From: Mobula hypostoma
Taxonomy: Eukaryota
NCBI RefSeq assembly: GCF_963921235.1
Contig: NC_086097.1
Coordinates: forward strand, 27,220,001 to 27,284,000
DNA: 64,000 nt
Direction of reading: 5' to 3'
The notes below the pieces were generated by a model, which was not told the DNA's origin, did no database searches, and worked only from the letters and a program-made list of their open reading frames with translations. A program made the position numbers and the translations under genes. Position 1 is the first letter of the stretch. Every line of letters starts with the position of its first letter. Shown here piece by piece: positions 49,294-63,650 of this stretch.

Positions 49294-51998
49294 CATAGAA
49301 CCATAGAACCATAGAAACTACAGCACAGAAACAGGCCCTTTGGCCCTTCTTGGCTGTGCCGAACCATTTTCTGCCTAGTCCCACTGACCTGCACACAGAC
49401 CATATCCCTCCATACGCCTCCCATCCATGTATCTGTCCAATTTATTCTTAAATGTTAAAAAAAACCCGCATTTACCACCTCGTCTGGCAGCTCATTCCAT
49501 ACTCCCACCACTCTCTGTGTAAAGAAGCCCCCCCTAATGTTCCCTTTAAACTTTTCCCCCCTCACCCTTAACCCATGTCCTCTAGTTTTTTTCTCCCCTT
49601 GCCTCAGTGGAAAAAGCCTGCTTGCATTCACTCTATCTATACCCTTCATAATTTTATATACCTCTATCAAATCTCCAGTCATTCTTCTACGCTCCAGGGA
49701 ATAAAGTCCCAACCTATTCAACCTTTCTCTGTAACTGAGTTTCTCAAGTCCCAGCAACATCCTTGTAAACCTTCTCTGCACTCTTTCAACCTTATTTATA
49801 TTCTTCCTGTAATTTGGTGACCAAAACTGAACACAATACTCCAGATTCGGCCTCACCAATGCCTTATACAACCTCATCATAACATTCCAGCTCTTATACT
49901 CAATACTACGATTAATAAAGGCCAATGTACCAAAAGCTCTCTTTATGACCCTATCTACCTGTGACGACACTTTTAGGGAATTTTGTATCTGTATTCCCAG
50001 ATTCCTCTGTTCCACTGCACTCCTCAGTGCCTTACCATTAACCCTGTATGTTCTACGTTGGTTTGTCCTTCCAACATGCAATACCTCACACTTGTCAATA
50101 TTAAACTCCATCTGCCATTTTTCAGCCCATTTTTCCAGCTGGTCCAAGTCCCTCTGCAGGCTCTGAAAACCTTCCTCACTGTCTACTACACCTCCAATCT
50201 TTGTATCATCAGCAAACTTGCTGATCCAATTTACCACATTATCATCCAGTTCATTGATATAGATGACAAATAACAATGGACCCAGCCCTGATCCCTGTGG
50301 CACACCACTAGTCACAGGCCTCCACACAGAGAAGCAATTTTCTACCACCACTCTCTGGCTTCTTCCATCGAGCCAATGTCCAATCCAATTTACCACCTCT
50401 CCATGTATACCTAGCGACTGAATTTTCCTAACTAAACTCCCATGCGGGACCTTGTCAAAGGCCTTACTGAAGTCCATGTAGACAATATCCACTGCCTTCC
50501 CTTCATCCACTTTCCTGGTAACCTCCTGGAAAAACTCCAACAGATTGGTCAAACATGACCTACCATGCACAAAGCCATGTTGACTCTCCCTAATAAGCCC
50601 CTGTCTATCCAAATGCTTGTAGATTCTGTCTCTTAGTACTCCCTCCAATAACTTACCTACTACTGACGTTAAACGCACCGGCCTACAATTTCCCGGATTA
50701 CTTTTCGATCCTTTTTTAAACAACGGAACAACATGAGCCACTCTCCAATCCTCCGGCACTTCACCCGTAGACAGCGACATTTTAAATATTTCTGCCAGGG
50801 CCCCCGCAATTTCAACACTAGTCTCCTTCAAGCCCGAGGGAACACCCTGTCAGGTCCCGGGGATTTATCCACTTTAATTTTCCTCAAGACAGCAAGCACC
50901 TCTTCCTTTTCAATCTGTACAGTTGCCATGGTCTCACTACTTGATTCCCTCAATTCCATAGATTTCATGTCAGCTTCCTTAGTAAATACAGACGCAAAAA
51001 ACCTATTTAAGATCTCCCCCATTTCCTTTGGTTCTGCACAAAGCCGACCACTCTGATCTTCAAGAGGACCAATTTTATCCCTTACAATCCTTTTGCTCTT
51101 AATATACTTGTAAAAGCTCTTTGGATTATCCTTCACTTTGACTGCCAAGGCAACTTCATGTCTTCTTTTTGCCCTCCTGATTTCTTTCTTAAGTATTTTC
51201 TTGCACTTCTTATACTCCTCAAGCACCTGATTTACCCCCTGTTTCCTATACATGTCATACAACTCCCTCTTCTTCTTTATCAGAGTTGCAATATCCCTTG
51301 AGAACCAAGGTTCCTTATTCCTATTCAATTTGCCTTTAATCCTGACAGGAACATACAAACTCTGCACTCTCAAAATTTCCCCTTTGAAGGCTTCCCACCT
51401 ACCAATCACATCTTTGCCAGAGAACAACCTGTCCCAATCCACGCTTTTTAGATCCTTTCTCATTTCTTCAAATTTGGCCTTCTTCCAGTTCAGAACCTCA
51501 ACCCTAGGACCAGATCTATCCTTGTCCATGATCAAATCGAAACTAATGGCGTTATGATCACTGGAACCAAAGTGCTCCCCTACACAGACTTCCGTCACTT
51601 GCCCTAATTCGTTTCCTAACAGGAGATCCAATATTGCATCCCCTCTAGTTGGTCCCTCTATATACTGATTTAGAAAACTTTCCTGAACACATTTTACAAA
51701 CTCTAAACCATCTAGACCCCTAACAGTATGGGAGTCCCAACCAATGTATGGAAAATTAAAATCCCCTACCACCACAACTTTATGTTTCTTGCAGTTGTCT
51801 GCTACCCCTCTGCAGATTTGCTCTTCCAAGTCTCGTTGACTATTGGGTGGTCTGTAATACAATCCCACTAATGTGGCCATACCTTTCCTGTTTCTCAGCT
51901 CCACCCATAAGGACTCAGTAGATAAGCCCTCTAATCTGTCCTGCCTGAGCACTGCTGTAACATTTTCCCTAACAAGCAATGCTACTCCCCCACCTTTC
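49294..51998 (-). mobile_element. Young 5'-truncated CR1 (HER1-like) LINE with near-intact ORF2 (APE endonuclease + reverse transcriptase)
   Basis: ORFs 50828-52000 (GGGVALLV, GDFNFP, PTRGDAILDL, SSDH) and 49455-50831 (YMDFSKAFDKVPH, PQGSGLGPLLF, SKFADDTK) joined by one frameshift; (TTCTATGG)n 3' tail; candidate TSD ATTAC at 49289-93 and 51999-52003. Confidence 0.95.
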
Positions 51999-52003
51999 AT
52001 TAC

Positions 52004-54360
52004 AATAAGATAAGGAACACATTAAAATGACAATAAATGTAAGCGCACAAGGTAGCTTATTTACATTGGTTGATTGTATGTCCATAAAGTGACGCCAGAT
52101 GCCGGAGTCTCAGTACATCAGGTGACTGACAGGAAATGACAAAGTGATGGTGGAGGGGGGTGTGGAGGATGGGTTAGTGGATGGAGGTGTCGATCAGCCT
52201 CACTGCTTGGGGAAGGTAACTGGTTTTGAGTCTGGTGGTCCTGGTGTGGATGCTAGGTAGCCTCCTCCGCTATGGGTGTGGACAAACAACCCATGAATAG
52301 AGCGGGTGGGATCCTTCATGATAATGCTTGCTTTTTCCCGACCCCTCTCTGTACACACGTCCTTGACGGTGGGTAGGCTTTGCTGGTGATGCACTGAGCG
52401 GCTTTGACTAGCTTTGTGGGGCCTTCCTGCCCACTGCAGTGCGGTTTCCGTACGACGCAGTGATGCAGCACGTAGGGCTGTTCTCCACTGCGCATCTGTA
52501 GAATTTCATGAGTATTGATGTTCATAGTCCAGCTCTCTTTAGCCTCCTCAGAAAGCAGAGGTGCTGGTGAGCTTTCTCGACTGCCTAGGATGCGTTCCGG
52601 GACCATGAGAGATTGTGTGTGATGTGCACTCCCAGGAGTTTGAAAATCCTCGCAGTTTCCACTGCTGTGCCACCGACGTAAAGAGGGGTGTGAGCGGTGT
52701 GAGTTCTCCCGAAGTCGATAACCACCTCCTTTGTCTTGTTGATATTGAGGGAGAGGTTATTTGCCTGGCACCAGACCTCGAGCTCTTCCACCTCCTCTCT
52801 ACAGGCCGTCTCATCATTGTTGGTGAGACAACGACGTCATCAGCAAACTGAATTATGTGATTACTCAGGAGTCTGGCAATGCTGTCGCGTGTCAGCAGCG
52901 TGTACGGCAATGGGGTCAGCACAGCCCTGGGGGTGGGGGGAAGCCACATTAATGATGATGGGGAGGGAGGAGCAGTTGTTCCTCCTGACTCCTGTTGGTT
53001 AGGAAGTTCAATGCCCAGTTTCACAGTGGTGTACTTAGACTGAGGAGTAGGAGTTTGTTCACCACGTTCTGTGGGACAATGGCGTTGAATGCGTTCTGAC
53101 ATAAGTGTCCTTGTTTTCTGGGTGTGTTCAGGCTATGGCATCTGTTCTACAGCGGTTCTGTCGGTAAGCATGTTTGTGAGTGTCCAGTGTGACAGGAATG
53201 GAATTTTCATTGTGTGCCATTACCAGCCAATCGAAGCACTTCAGAATGATTGGCGTCCGTGCCAATGTGTGGTAGTCGCTTAGCTCTGAAGGTGCAGAGT
53301 TCCTTCGTACATTGATGATGGCCGCTACCTTGAAGCGTGTGGGGACAGCAGCCTGGATGAGTGAAGTTCTGAAGGTGTCTGAGAAGACATCAGTGAGCTG
53401 GTGAGCACAGTCCCTGAGTACTCAGCCTGTGATGTACCCAACATCAATGATCCTCACCACCCAGGCCATGCTCTCTTCTCGCTGCTGCCATCAGGAAGGT
53501 GCTACAGGAATCTCGGGACCCACATCACCGGGTTCAGGAACAGTTATTACCCCTCATCCACCAGGCTCTTGAACCAGAGGGGATAACTTCACTTGGCTTC
53601 ACTCGCCCATTCCTGAACTGGACTCACTTTCAAGGACTCTTCATCTCATGTTCTTGATATTTATTGTCTGTTGATTTTTTACTGTCTTTTTGTTCTTTTT
53701 GTATTTGCACAGTTTGTAGTTTTATTGTGCACATTGGTTGTTTGTCTATCCTGTTGGGCGTGGTCTTTTATTGACTCTACCGTGTTTCTTGTAATTACTG
53801 TGAATGCCCAGAAGAAAATGAATCTTGGGATTGTGTTTGGTGACTTATATGTACATTGGTAATAAATGTATTTTGAACTTTGAACTTTGGGATGTTGTCT
53901 GGCTGGGCATCTGTATGGGGGCTGACACTGCAGAGTCCTTCTCACAGTTACTGGCAGTGGTTGCTCACCCCGGGGGGGTGGGGATAAACGTTGTCTGGAG
54001 CATCAGGGAGGGAGGTGTCACTGTATAGCCAAAGCTGTTTCCCCTGCATATTCAGTAATGCCCTTGATGTCCGGTCACATACACCGGGGATCGTTATTAG
54101 ACGGTGTTCCTGAATTTTTTTCTTTATAGGCACTCTTTGCTCTTTTGGTGCTTAAGATGAGGTTTCTCGTGATGTCTCCAGACTTGAAGACAACATCCCG
54201 GGCTTTTGGCAGGGCCCACGCCTTTGCGTTCAGCCAGAGCTTCTGATTGGACTGTGAGATACCAATGTCACCTACGCCTTTACAGATGTAGCTCTTGATC
54301 AATGAGGCATGTTCCTCGAGGTTTGTGTTTTCTCTTTTTGTGGTGGCCTCCTGGAGCACC
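52004..54360 (-). mobile_element. Decayed Rex1/Babar LINE (RT and C-terminus), with a plus-strand Rex1 3' piece nested at ~53440-53890
   Basis: Minus ORFs LTPLPYTLLTRD..IIQFADD, WCQANNLSLNINKTKEVVIDF..FKLLGVHITHNLSW and NQKLWLNAK. Confidence 0.82.
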
Positions 54361-55608
54361 TACCAGTTAGACCACGATACCTGTGTAGAAATTTGCTCTC
54401 ATCTTTGGTGATCTCCTCAAACTCATGAAATAGGGTGCTGGCATGCCTTTTCGTGATTATGACTGAGAGGGAAAAGGATCAGCCATAATCAAATGGCAAA
54501 GCAGACTAGATGGGCTGAATAGCCTAATTCTGCTCCAATGTATTTTGGTCTTGTCCATGCTGAACTGTCATTCTGCTTAGTCTCAACCATTTGCACCTTG
54601 ACTGTATCCCTCCGTACCCCTCCCATCCATGTACTTATCCAAACTTTTCTCAAATGTTGCAATTGAATCTGCATCCAGCACCCTCTGGCTAAAGAAATTT
54701 CTCCTCGTCTCCGTTCTAGACGGGCTGAAGGTTTGTTTCTGCACTCTTTGACTTGGTAAATCCAAGACCAGTCCTTTCCTTCTCCATGTTGGGCCCAGGA
54801 TAGATGTGAGAAGTTGACACCTGCTTGTCGCCTGTCTGATGTTCGTTCAGTGGGACGTGTGCCATGTACGTGCTTAGTGAAGGGGTCATCCCTAGTCTAA
54901 CACACGTCCCAAGATGGGCAAACGTTTCTGTGCAGATCACAGGGGCAAACCACCTGTAAATTAGGGAAGTGCATTTCAGGAAGGTGATTTTGCTCAGCAG
55001 AAACATAATATCACAACAAAAATGCGCAGGTATGACTCCTTAAATCATACAGTTCCATGTAAAGATCTTCTGGATGAAGCAGAAAGGGTTCTGTTTGTAT
55101 TAGAGATGCCAGGATAAAGGACAGTGGGGGTATCCTGGCTGGCTACATCACAGCCTGGTTTGGAAACACCACTGCCCAGGAATGGAAACGCCTACAGAAA
55201 GTGGTGGACACGGCCCAGTCCATCACAGGGAAAGACCTCCCCATCATTGAGCACATTTACAAGGAATGCTGCCACAGGAAAGCAGCATCAAAGAAACCCC
55301 CAGCACGCAGGCCATGCTCTCCTCTCTCTGCTGCCATCCGGGAGGAGGTCCCCAGGATCAGTTATTACCCCTCAGCCATCAGGCTCCCGAACCAGCATGG
55401 ATAAACTTCGCTCACCAGCACAATAGCAAGCACCACAATATTATAAGGTAATCGTGTCGGGATTCCTTGAGTCTGGTTCTCTCTCTTGTAAATGAAGGGT
55501 TTGGTTACAGATAAGACATCCATGTGGGTTGTAATTACCATGGAAAGCAGGGCATTAAAACAGTGCACTGAGAACCGGTTCAATACACATCGAGTCTATC
55601 TCTTCCTT

Positions 55609-56390
55609 ATACACTCATTAATTACTCCTGTATACCTGCTCGTTAGTGCAAATATCTAATTAGCTGATCATGTGGCAGCAACTCAATGCATAAAAGCATG
55701 CAGACGTGGTCAAAAGGATCAGTTGTTGTCCAGACCAAACGACAGAATGGGGAAAAACTGAGATCTAAGTGACTTTGACCTTGGAATGGTTGTTGATACC
55801 AGACAGGGTGGTTTGAGTATCTCAGAAACTGCTGATCTCCTGTGAATTTCATGCACAAAGTGTGGGTTTTATAAAGGATGGTGTGAAAAACAAACAAAAA
55901 AACAACTAGTGAGCAGCAGATCTGTGAGCGAAAACACCTGCTTAATGAGAGAGGTCAGAGGAGAATGGTCAGATTGGTTCAAGCTGACAGGAAGGTGACA
56001 GTAACTCAAATAACTACATGTTTCAACAGCATCTATGGAAGGAGTCTGATATAAAACCAGGAAACACTGAAGACACTCAATAGGTAAGATAGCATCAGTG
56101 AATAGGAAACAGAGCTAACGTCACAGTTCTGATGAAGGGTCTGGGATTGGAGAGTTGACTGTTTATTCATCTCCATAGAGACTGCCTGACCTGCTGGTTA
56201 CTCCAGCATTTTATGTGTATTACTCTGGATTTCCAGTATCTGCAGATTCTCTTGTGTTTATGCATTCCAGCAGTGGAATGCAGAAGAGCATCTCTGAATG
56301 CAAACTACGTCAAACCTTGAAGTGGACGGGCAGCAGCAGCAGGAGATAATAGACATACAGTATACACTCAGTAGACAATTTATGAGATAC
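55609..56390 (+). mobile_element. Non-autonomous Tc1 derivative (transposase N-terminal HTH region only), interrupted by a Penelope-like insertion at ~56030-56260
   Basis: MGKN*DLSDFDLGMVVDTRQGGLSISETADLL..ERGQRRMVRLVQADRKVTVTQITT, resuming after the insertion as SGMQKSISECKLRQTLKWTGSSSRR. Confidence 0.8.
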
Positions 56391-58214
56391 TTTCTGTAAG
56401 AGCAAACTTTACTGGTGATCCGGTCTTTGGAATCTCCTGGTAGACTGTCAGACATCAGCAGGGTTTATTTCTGCATAACATTCCCCTCCCCTGAGTGATC
56501 TCATGGCATTGGGTTGGGTCCATGGCTCTGTGTGTTACTATTTGGCTGTCAATCCTAATCCATATGGGTGTAGATTGGGAATTATCCTTCCTTAGATCCA
56601 CAACATTGATTAGATGCATTTCATAAGAGGCTTTAAGGACATCAGACCATAAGACATAGGAGCAAATTAGGCCATTTAGCCCATCGAGTCTGCTCCACTA
56701 TTCCATCACGGCTGGACCCCAATCTCCTGCCGCCTCCCTGTAATCTTTGACAGCCTTACTATCCTGTGAATTTGACAGGTAGAAATGGAACTGGTTTATT
56801 ATTGTCACATGTGCAGCGAAAAGCTTATCTCACACATCATCCATCCAGATCAATCTATTACGCAGCCCAGTGCAACAGCACACGGTAAAACAGTAACAAT
56901 GCAGAATAAAGTGTGTAACAGAAAGTGAAATGTCGTGAACAATAAAGTGCAAGATTGTAACGAGGTAGATTGTGAGGCCAAGAGTCTGTTATTGTACAAG
57001 AGACCTCGTCGGGGTTTGATAACAGTGGGAAACAAGCTGTCCCTGCGCCTGGTCGTATGTATTTTCAGACTTTTGCATCTTCTGCCCGATGGGAGAAGGG
57101 AGTATAGAGAATGTCTGGGGTGGGTGGGGTCTTTGACTGTGCTGGGGGCTTTACTGAGGCAGCAGAAGTTTAGACAGATTCCATGGAGTTTCTGTGATGT
57201 GCTTAGCTTTGTCTACACTCTCTGCAGGTCTTTCAATCGCATGCAGAGCAGTTGCTAACCAAGCAGTTATCTTGCTTTCCTCTCAGCCGTGGCACCCCTC
57301 ACTAGATCTCAGGGCCTATCTGTGTTGATGTTAATTGTTTTGAGGGAAATCTGTCACAAAGATAACTCTTGGACCTTAGGGGTTAATTCTAATGGGACAC
57401 TTTACTCTCCTGGTTGGTCTCATTTCCAGGAGGACCACAACCTTGTCGTAGGGTTTGGAGGCTTGTGTGTTGGGGAGCTCTGTTGGCTGGAGTCAGGTCT
57501 TCATGCTTTGGCTCTTGGTAGGGTCACCCATGCCAAACAGGTCAAAGGGCAGAGGCCAGACTAAGCGTGGTAAACTGACCCTGTTCGGGGGTTCAGCTCA
57601 AGGCTAACCACCCTGACCGGTAAAGCAAAACTGTTATGGAAACAACAGTGAGGAATCCTTCTACATCTGAGTGCGAGGGTCCCCACCTGGAACTCGCATG
57701 ACTGACAGTAGTGAAAACCCAGCTACCGACACGATGAAGGAAGTCTGATCAATGCCAGAAATGGAGGACCTTCACTGCTGCTCCAAACGCCAGTGGCATA
57801 ATGGGCAGTAGGTCTGTCCCAAGTCAGTGGTTATGATATAAGTTATAGAAATGCCTTGTCCTGACTAATAGCACTGTCCCACTCTGGCACGGGTCGCCAT
57901 TGAAATTCTCAGTCTTGACTTCTCATCTGCTTGGTTTCAGATTGGTTTCTGTTTCAGACCGGTACTGGCTTATTGTTGACGAGCTTTAGTTCTGCATGCC
58001 AACCGGGTAGATCGAACACGTCGAGTTAGTAGAAAACCAAAACAATAACAGAGAGCAGAATAAAGTGTAACAATTACAGAGAAGGTACAGTACTGGTAGA
58101 CAAAGAAAGTACAAGGGCTACAATAGGGGGATCAAGATTTCATCATGTAGGAGATTCATTCAAGAGACTTACAGCAGCAGGTCAAGGCTGTCCTTGGGTC
58201 TGGTGGGACCTGTT

Positions 58215-58615
58215 TTTGAGGAAAGGATGAGTGAGCCAGGGCATTCCTCTTTGGAGTGAAGGAGGATGAGAGGAGTCTTGATAGAGGTGGACAGCTAGAG
58301 ATCTTCCCCTGGGTGGAAATGGCTCTTACCAGGAGGTATAATTTTAAGGTGACTGGAGAAAGGTTTGGGGGGGCGTCAGATGCAGGGTTTTTTTTACACA
58401 GAATACGGTGGGGGCATGGAACGTGCTGTCAGAGGTGATGGTAAAGGAGGTCATTAGGGACATTTAAAAGACTCTTAGGTAGGCACATAGATGATAGAAA
58501 AATGGAGTGTTATGTGGCAGGGAAGGGTTAGATTGAGCTTAGAGTAGGTTAAAGGGTCAGCACAACATCATGAGCTGAAGGGCCTGTAATGTGATGTAAT
58601 GTTCTATGTTCTATG
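58215..58615 (+). mobile_element. CR1 LINE 3' fragment
   Basis: CR1 C-terminal relic ending in a GTTCTATGTTCTATG tail. Confidence 0.7.
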
Positions 58616-59638
58616 TACATGCTTTCAAGTTTTTTGGTTCTTCTGCCTGATGAAAAAGGGAAGAGGAGGGAGAAGAGAGAATGTCCAGAGTAGGTGTCTT
58701 TGATTACATAGGCTGCTTTCCCAAAGGGAAGGAAGTGTAGATGGAGTCATTGGGTGGGAGGCTGGTTTGCGTGACGGATGGACTGGGCTGTGTTCAAAAC
58801 TTTTGCAGTCTTAGGCAGAGCAGTTTCCCTACCAAGGTGTGATGCATCCGTGAATATTGGCGAGGGTTATCGGAGAAATGCCACATTTCTTTAGCCCTGT
58901 GAGGAAGCAGCTTTCTTGGCTGTGATTGGACCAGGATAGTTGTTCGTGATGTTTACACTGAGGAACTTGTAGTCGTCAACTATCTCCACCTCGGTGACAT
59001 TGGTATGGAAAGGTCTGAGCGCTCCACACGACTTCCTGATGTCAATGGCAAACTCTTTTGTTTTACTGACATTGAGGAGGAGGTTTTTTATCTTGACACC
59101 ACGACACTAGGCTCTCTACCTCTTTCATTGTTTGAGATCTGGCCCACTATGTTATCATCTGCAAACCTGTAAAGTGGAGTTAGTGAATGGACCGTAGTGT
59201 GCTTACTCAACGGAGAGGAATTTTTTCTCATAATATTTCTGCCCAATGGCCTACGATCTTTCTGGCTTGCCCAGGAGGTTTCACTGAGTTTGCTGTTGTA
59301 TAACAGAGGAGACCATGACTCTGTGTGTTTTGAAATGGTTCTCAGTACACCCATACATTCCCTCTCCTTCCAAACATAATTACAACCCACACAGAAGCCT
59401 TAACTGTAACTAAACCCCTCATTACACGGGTGACACCCTAACTCAGGAAAGAAACCTGTCACTGTTACCACATATAATATTGGGCTGCCATTGAAATTGT
59501 CCAACATAATTAGCCTCATGGAAACGATATTTTAAACAAGTAGCTCTTTGCGATTCAAAAACTGCTTCAGTTTTCTTCTGGAATTCTGAGAACCCTGCAC
59601 TCCTTCATGTTTAGCCTTTAGTGTACTCCTGATTCCCC

Positions 59639-59692
59639 ACTCTCTCTCTCTCTCGCGCTCTCTCTCTCTCTCTCTCTCTCTCGCTCTCCCTC
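59639..59692 (+). repeat. (CT)n microsatellite
   Basis: Interrupted TC dinucleotide run. Confidence 0.9.
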
Positions 59693-60899
59693 CAGAGGCC
59701 CCAATTCCACCTACCTGGGTGCCATGTCCTTCCCTCCAGTCACCTGGGTCCCATGTCCTTGTCTTTAGCTGCTTGAGTCCTCAGCTCCAGAATTCCCTTG
59801 TTAATTCTCCCTTATTCTCTTTCTCCCTTCAAGATAATATTAAAAACCTAATGGTATCTGCCCTTGACTGGACTTCAGCTGTCAAAAGTTTGTCCAAGAA
59901 CAGATTCAGATTCAAATTCATTTATTTCTTTATCTCACTGACATCAGAATACACAGAGAGATGAGTTGTTTGTACCACCGAAGGATGTGAGCCCACAAGT
60001 GTTGCCAAACATCCTGGTACCAACCTAGCATAATTCTCAGTAGTACAACACAACAAAAGCAGGAACAAAACAAAACAACAAAAGCAAAACGAGCCCCTTT
60101 CCTTCCTCCCCCCCCACCATATACTCACCCGCCCACACTCACAGACCTGACCTAAGGCCCTGACCACTGGGCCTCTGACTTCCTGACTCACTGTCTTTCA
60201 TCTACAACCTTTGGGCAACACTGCGGTGATGTGCCTTTAGAACTGGAATGGGATTATTATTGTCACAGGTACCAAGACTGGAGTCTTCTGCTCGTGAGCA
60301 TGTTATTGGAAGAGCTCGACAAAGCCAAAAGTTGCAACATTAAAGCTTCCCCTGTTGCACCATTCAGAAAGACAGACATGCGGAATAGTAAACTGTGAGC
60401 AGCATTGCAGCAAAATAGTTAGTGTACCATCTAACAGCGCCAGCAATCCAGGCTTAGTTCCTGCCACTTCTGTAAGGAGTTTGTATGTCCTCCACCCCCT
60501 GTGACCACGTAGGTATCCTCTGGGTGCTCTGGTTTCCTCCCACATTCCAAAGACGTACGGGTTATGGTTAGTAAGTTATGGGTATGTTATGTTGGCACTG
60601 GAAGAAGGCGTCACTTGTCAGCTGCCCCCCAGCAGATCTTCAGGACATGTTGGTCCTTAACGCAAATGACGCATTTTATTGCTCGTTTCAATGATTCGAT
60701 GTGCATGTGACAAAAGTGAAACGAATCTTTAATCTGAAGCGACAAGTGAATCGAGAACTTTCTTCTCAGCAATCCTAATGACCTGTTTCCATTTCTCAGA
60801 CTGCTTTCTATCCAGTTCTCCTAAACGGAGATGGTTGGGTTTCGACCCACTCTGCTCTCTGTGATACCACCAACTGCCCACTGGAAGCAAACTCTACTA

Positions 60900-62120
60900 T
60901 TCAGTGTATCAGCATATAGGAGGGAGACTGAAAATCTGGCTGAGTGGTGGGTGCCACAACAGCTTCTCAATGTCGGCAAGACCAAGGAGCTGATTATTGA
61001 CTTCAGGAGGAGGAAACCAGACGTCCATGAGCCAGTCCTCAGCAAGGGATCAGAGGTGGAGAAGTTAGCAACTTCAAATTTCTCGGTGTTATAATTTCAG
61101 AGGATCTGTCCTGGGCCCTGCACATAAGTGCAATTATGAAGAAAGCACAGCAGTGCCTCTACTTCCTTGTTTGCGAAAATTTGGCATGACATTTCAAACT
61201 TAGGTTCCACACAATCAGTTCAGGAACAGTTATTACCCTGCAACCATCAGGCTCCTGAACCGGTGTGGATAACTTCACACACAACTCTGAACTGACTCCA
61301 CAACCTACAGACTCACTTTCAAGGACTCTTTACAACTCATGCTCTCAGTGACATTTTTATTTGTAGTTTATCTTCTTTTGCACATCAGCTGTTTGTCAGT
61401 TTTGTCTGCTTATGTATAGTTTTTTTTTCATAAGTTATTTTATATCTCTTTATTTTTCTTGTAAATGCCTGCAAGAAAATGAATCTCAAGATAGTATATG
61501 GTAAATTTACTTTGGAGTTTGAACCCACTGTGTTGCAGGAAGAACATGTAGTCTCCACCAGACAGTGGCAGAGGTCAGGACTGAACCAATGTCTCTGGAG
61601 CCGTCTCCTTTCTCATCTGATCTTGAATCAGTCATATTGGATTTATATATGATTATGTTCATTATAGATTTATTGAATCATACAGCTTAGAGACAGGATC
61701 TTCAGCTTAATTCATCGATGCTGACCAACGTACAACGTACAAAGTAAATTTATTATCAAAGTACATATATGTCACCATATACAACCCAGAGGTTCATTTT
61801 CTTGCAGGCATTCACAGTAATCCAAGAAGACAATATAATCAATGAACAACTGAACACAACAGGATGGACTAACAATCAATATGCAAAAGACAACAAACTG
61901 TGCAAATTCAGAAGAAGAAAAAATAATAACAACAACAAATAAATAAGCAATAAATATCAAGAACATGAGATGAAGAGCCCTAGAAAATGAGTTCATAGGT
62001 TGTGGGAATAGTTTGGTGATGGGGCAAGTGAAGTTGAGTGAAGTTATCCCCTCTGGTTCAAGAGCCAGGGTAATAACTGTTCCTCTCCCTGGTAGTGTGA
62101 GTCCTGAGGGTCCTGTACCT
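60900..62120. mobile_element. Rex1/Babar LINE 3' fragments (plus 60900-61520; minus 61740-62120)
   Basis: SAYRRETENLAEW..LNVGKTKELIIDFRR plus family 3'UTR on both strands. Confidence 0.78.
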
Positions 62121-62769
62121 TCTTCCTTAAATCTTTCCCTTCTCACCATCATCTCCGTGTGAAGAGCCAATGGAATGACATCTGTGTGGACCCGCTGTGA
62201 CGGCCAGCAAACTGGAGCAGATCCAAGCTGCTTCTCAGACAGGGAGCTGACAGGCTTCATCACCAACCTCTCACATCAGAAAGGCAGCTTTCTGAGTTGG
62301 TGCCATTTGTCTGGATTTGGCACGTATCCCTAATTAATTAATTAAACCTTTCTTATCCATGAAGGAACCTTGTAATTGCATCTGCATCTGGCATCTCATT
62401 TCATACCCCCACCACTCTCTGTGTGGAAAATATTTCCCCTTAGGTCCCTGTTAAATCTTTCCCTTCTCACCGTCATCTCTGCCCTCTCTCCTAGGGAAAA
62501 AATACCGTGACCATTGAACTTTGGGGACACTACGACACGCCAGCACACCAGCGACCTGGGTTCCATTCCTGTTGCTGCCTGTAAGGAGATTTCCTCTGGG
62601 TGCTCTGGTCTCCTCCCACATTCCCGGTGTCCGGGTTCATTAGTCACATCGGTGTAAGTGGGCTGGAAAGCTCTGTCACTGTGCTGTATCTCTAAGTAAA
62701 ATAAATAAAGATCATTCATGACCCCTGTAATTTCACAAACCTCTGGAAAGTCTCTCCTCAGTGGCCCTC

Positions 62770-63650
62770 ATAGAACTACAGGCCCTTCGGCCCACATTGT
62801 TGTGCTGACCCTTTAACCTACTCTAAGATCAATCTTACCTTTCCCTGCTACGTAGCCCTTAATATTTCTTTCATCCGCATGCCCATTTAAGAATCTCTTA
62901 AATGCCCCTAATGTATCTGTCTCTACCACCACCCCCGGCGGGGCATTCTACGCACGCACTGCTCCCTGTGTAATAAACTTCCTTCTGACATCTCCACTAT
63001 ACTCTCCTCCAAAGTACACTTCACTCCAGGGAGAAGTGTCCCAGCTGACGCTGCCTCCCCTTGTAACTCCAGCCTTCCAGTAACAGCTTACATGTTGGGC
63101 AGATGCACGTTGGGTTCCCATTGACAAGTTTATAGCATTATATGCAGTTCCAGTCACCTACCAACAGGAAATAAATCAATAAGAGCACAGAGAAAATTTA
63201 CATGGATGTTGCCGGCACTTGAGGACCCGAGTGAAAGGGAAAAGTTGATTAGGTTAGGACTTTGTTCTCTGGAGCGTAGGAGAACGAGGGGAGATTTGAT
63301 AGAGCGTTACAAAATTATGAGGGGTATAGATAGGGTAAAAGCATGCAGGCTTTTTCCACTGAGGTTGGGTGAGACTACAACTAGAGGTCATGGGTTAAGG
63401 GTGAAAGGTGAAATATTTAAGGGGAACCTGAGGGGGGTCTTCTCAGAGGGTGGTGCGTGTGTGATACGAGCTGCCAGTGGAAGAGGTGGATGTGAGTTCA
63501 ATTTCAATTTTTAAGAGAAACGTGGATAAGTACATGGTTGGGAGGCATATGGAAGGCGAAGGACCAGGTGCAGGTTGATGAGACTAGGCAGGGTAATAGC
63601 TTGGCACAGACTAGATGGGCTGAAGGGCCTGTTTCTGTGCTGTCTATGCT
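62770..63650. mobile_element. CR1 LINE 3' fragments (minus 62770-63000; plus 63150-63650)
   Basis: ORF 63206: RLGLCSLERRRTRGDLIERYKIMRGIDRV..TRGHGLRVKGEIFKGNLR. Confidence 0.8.
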
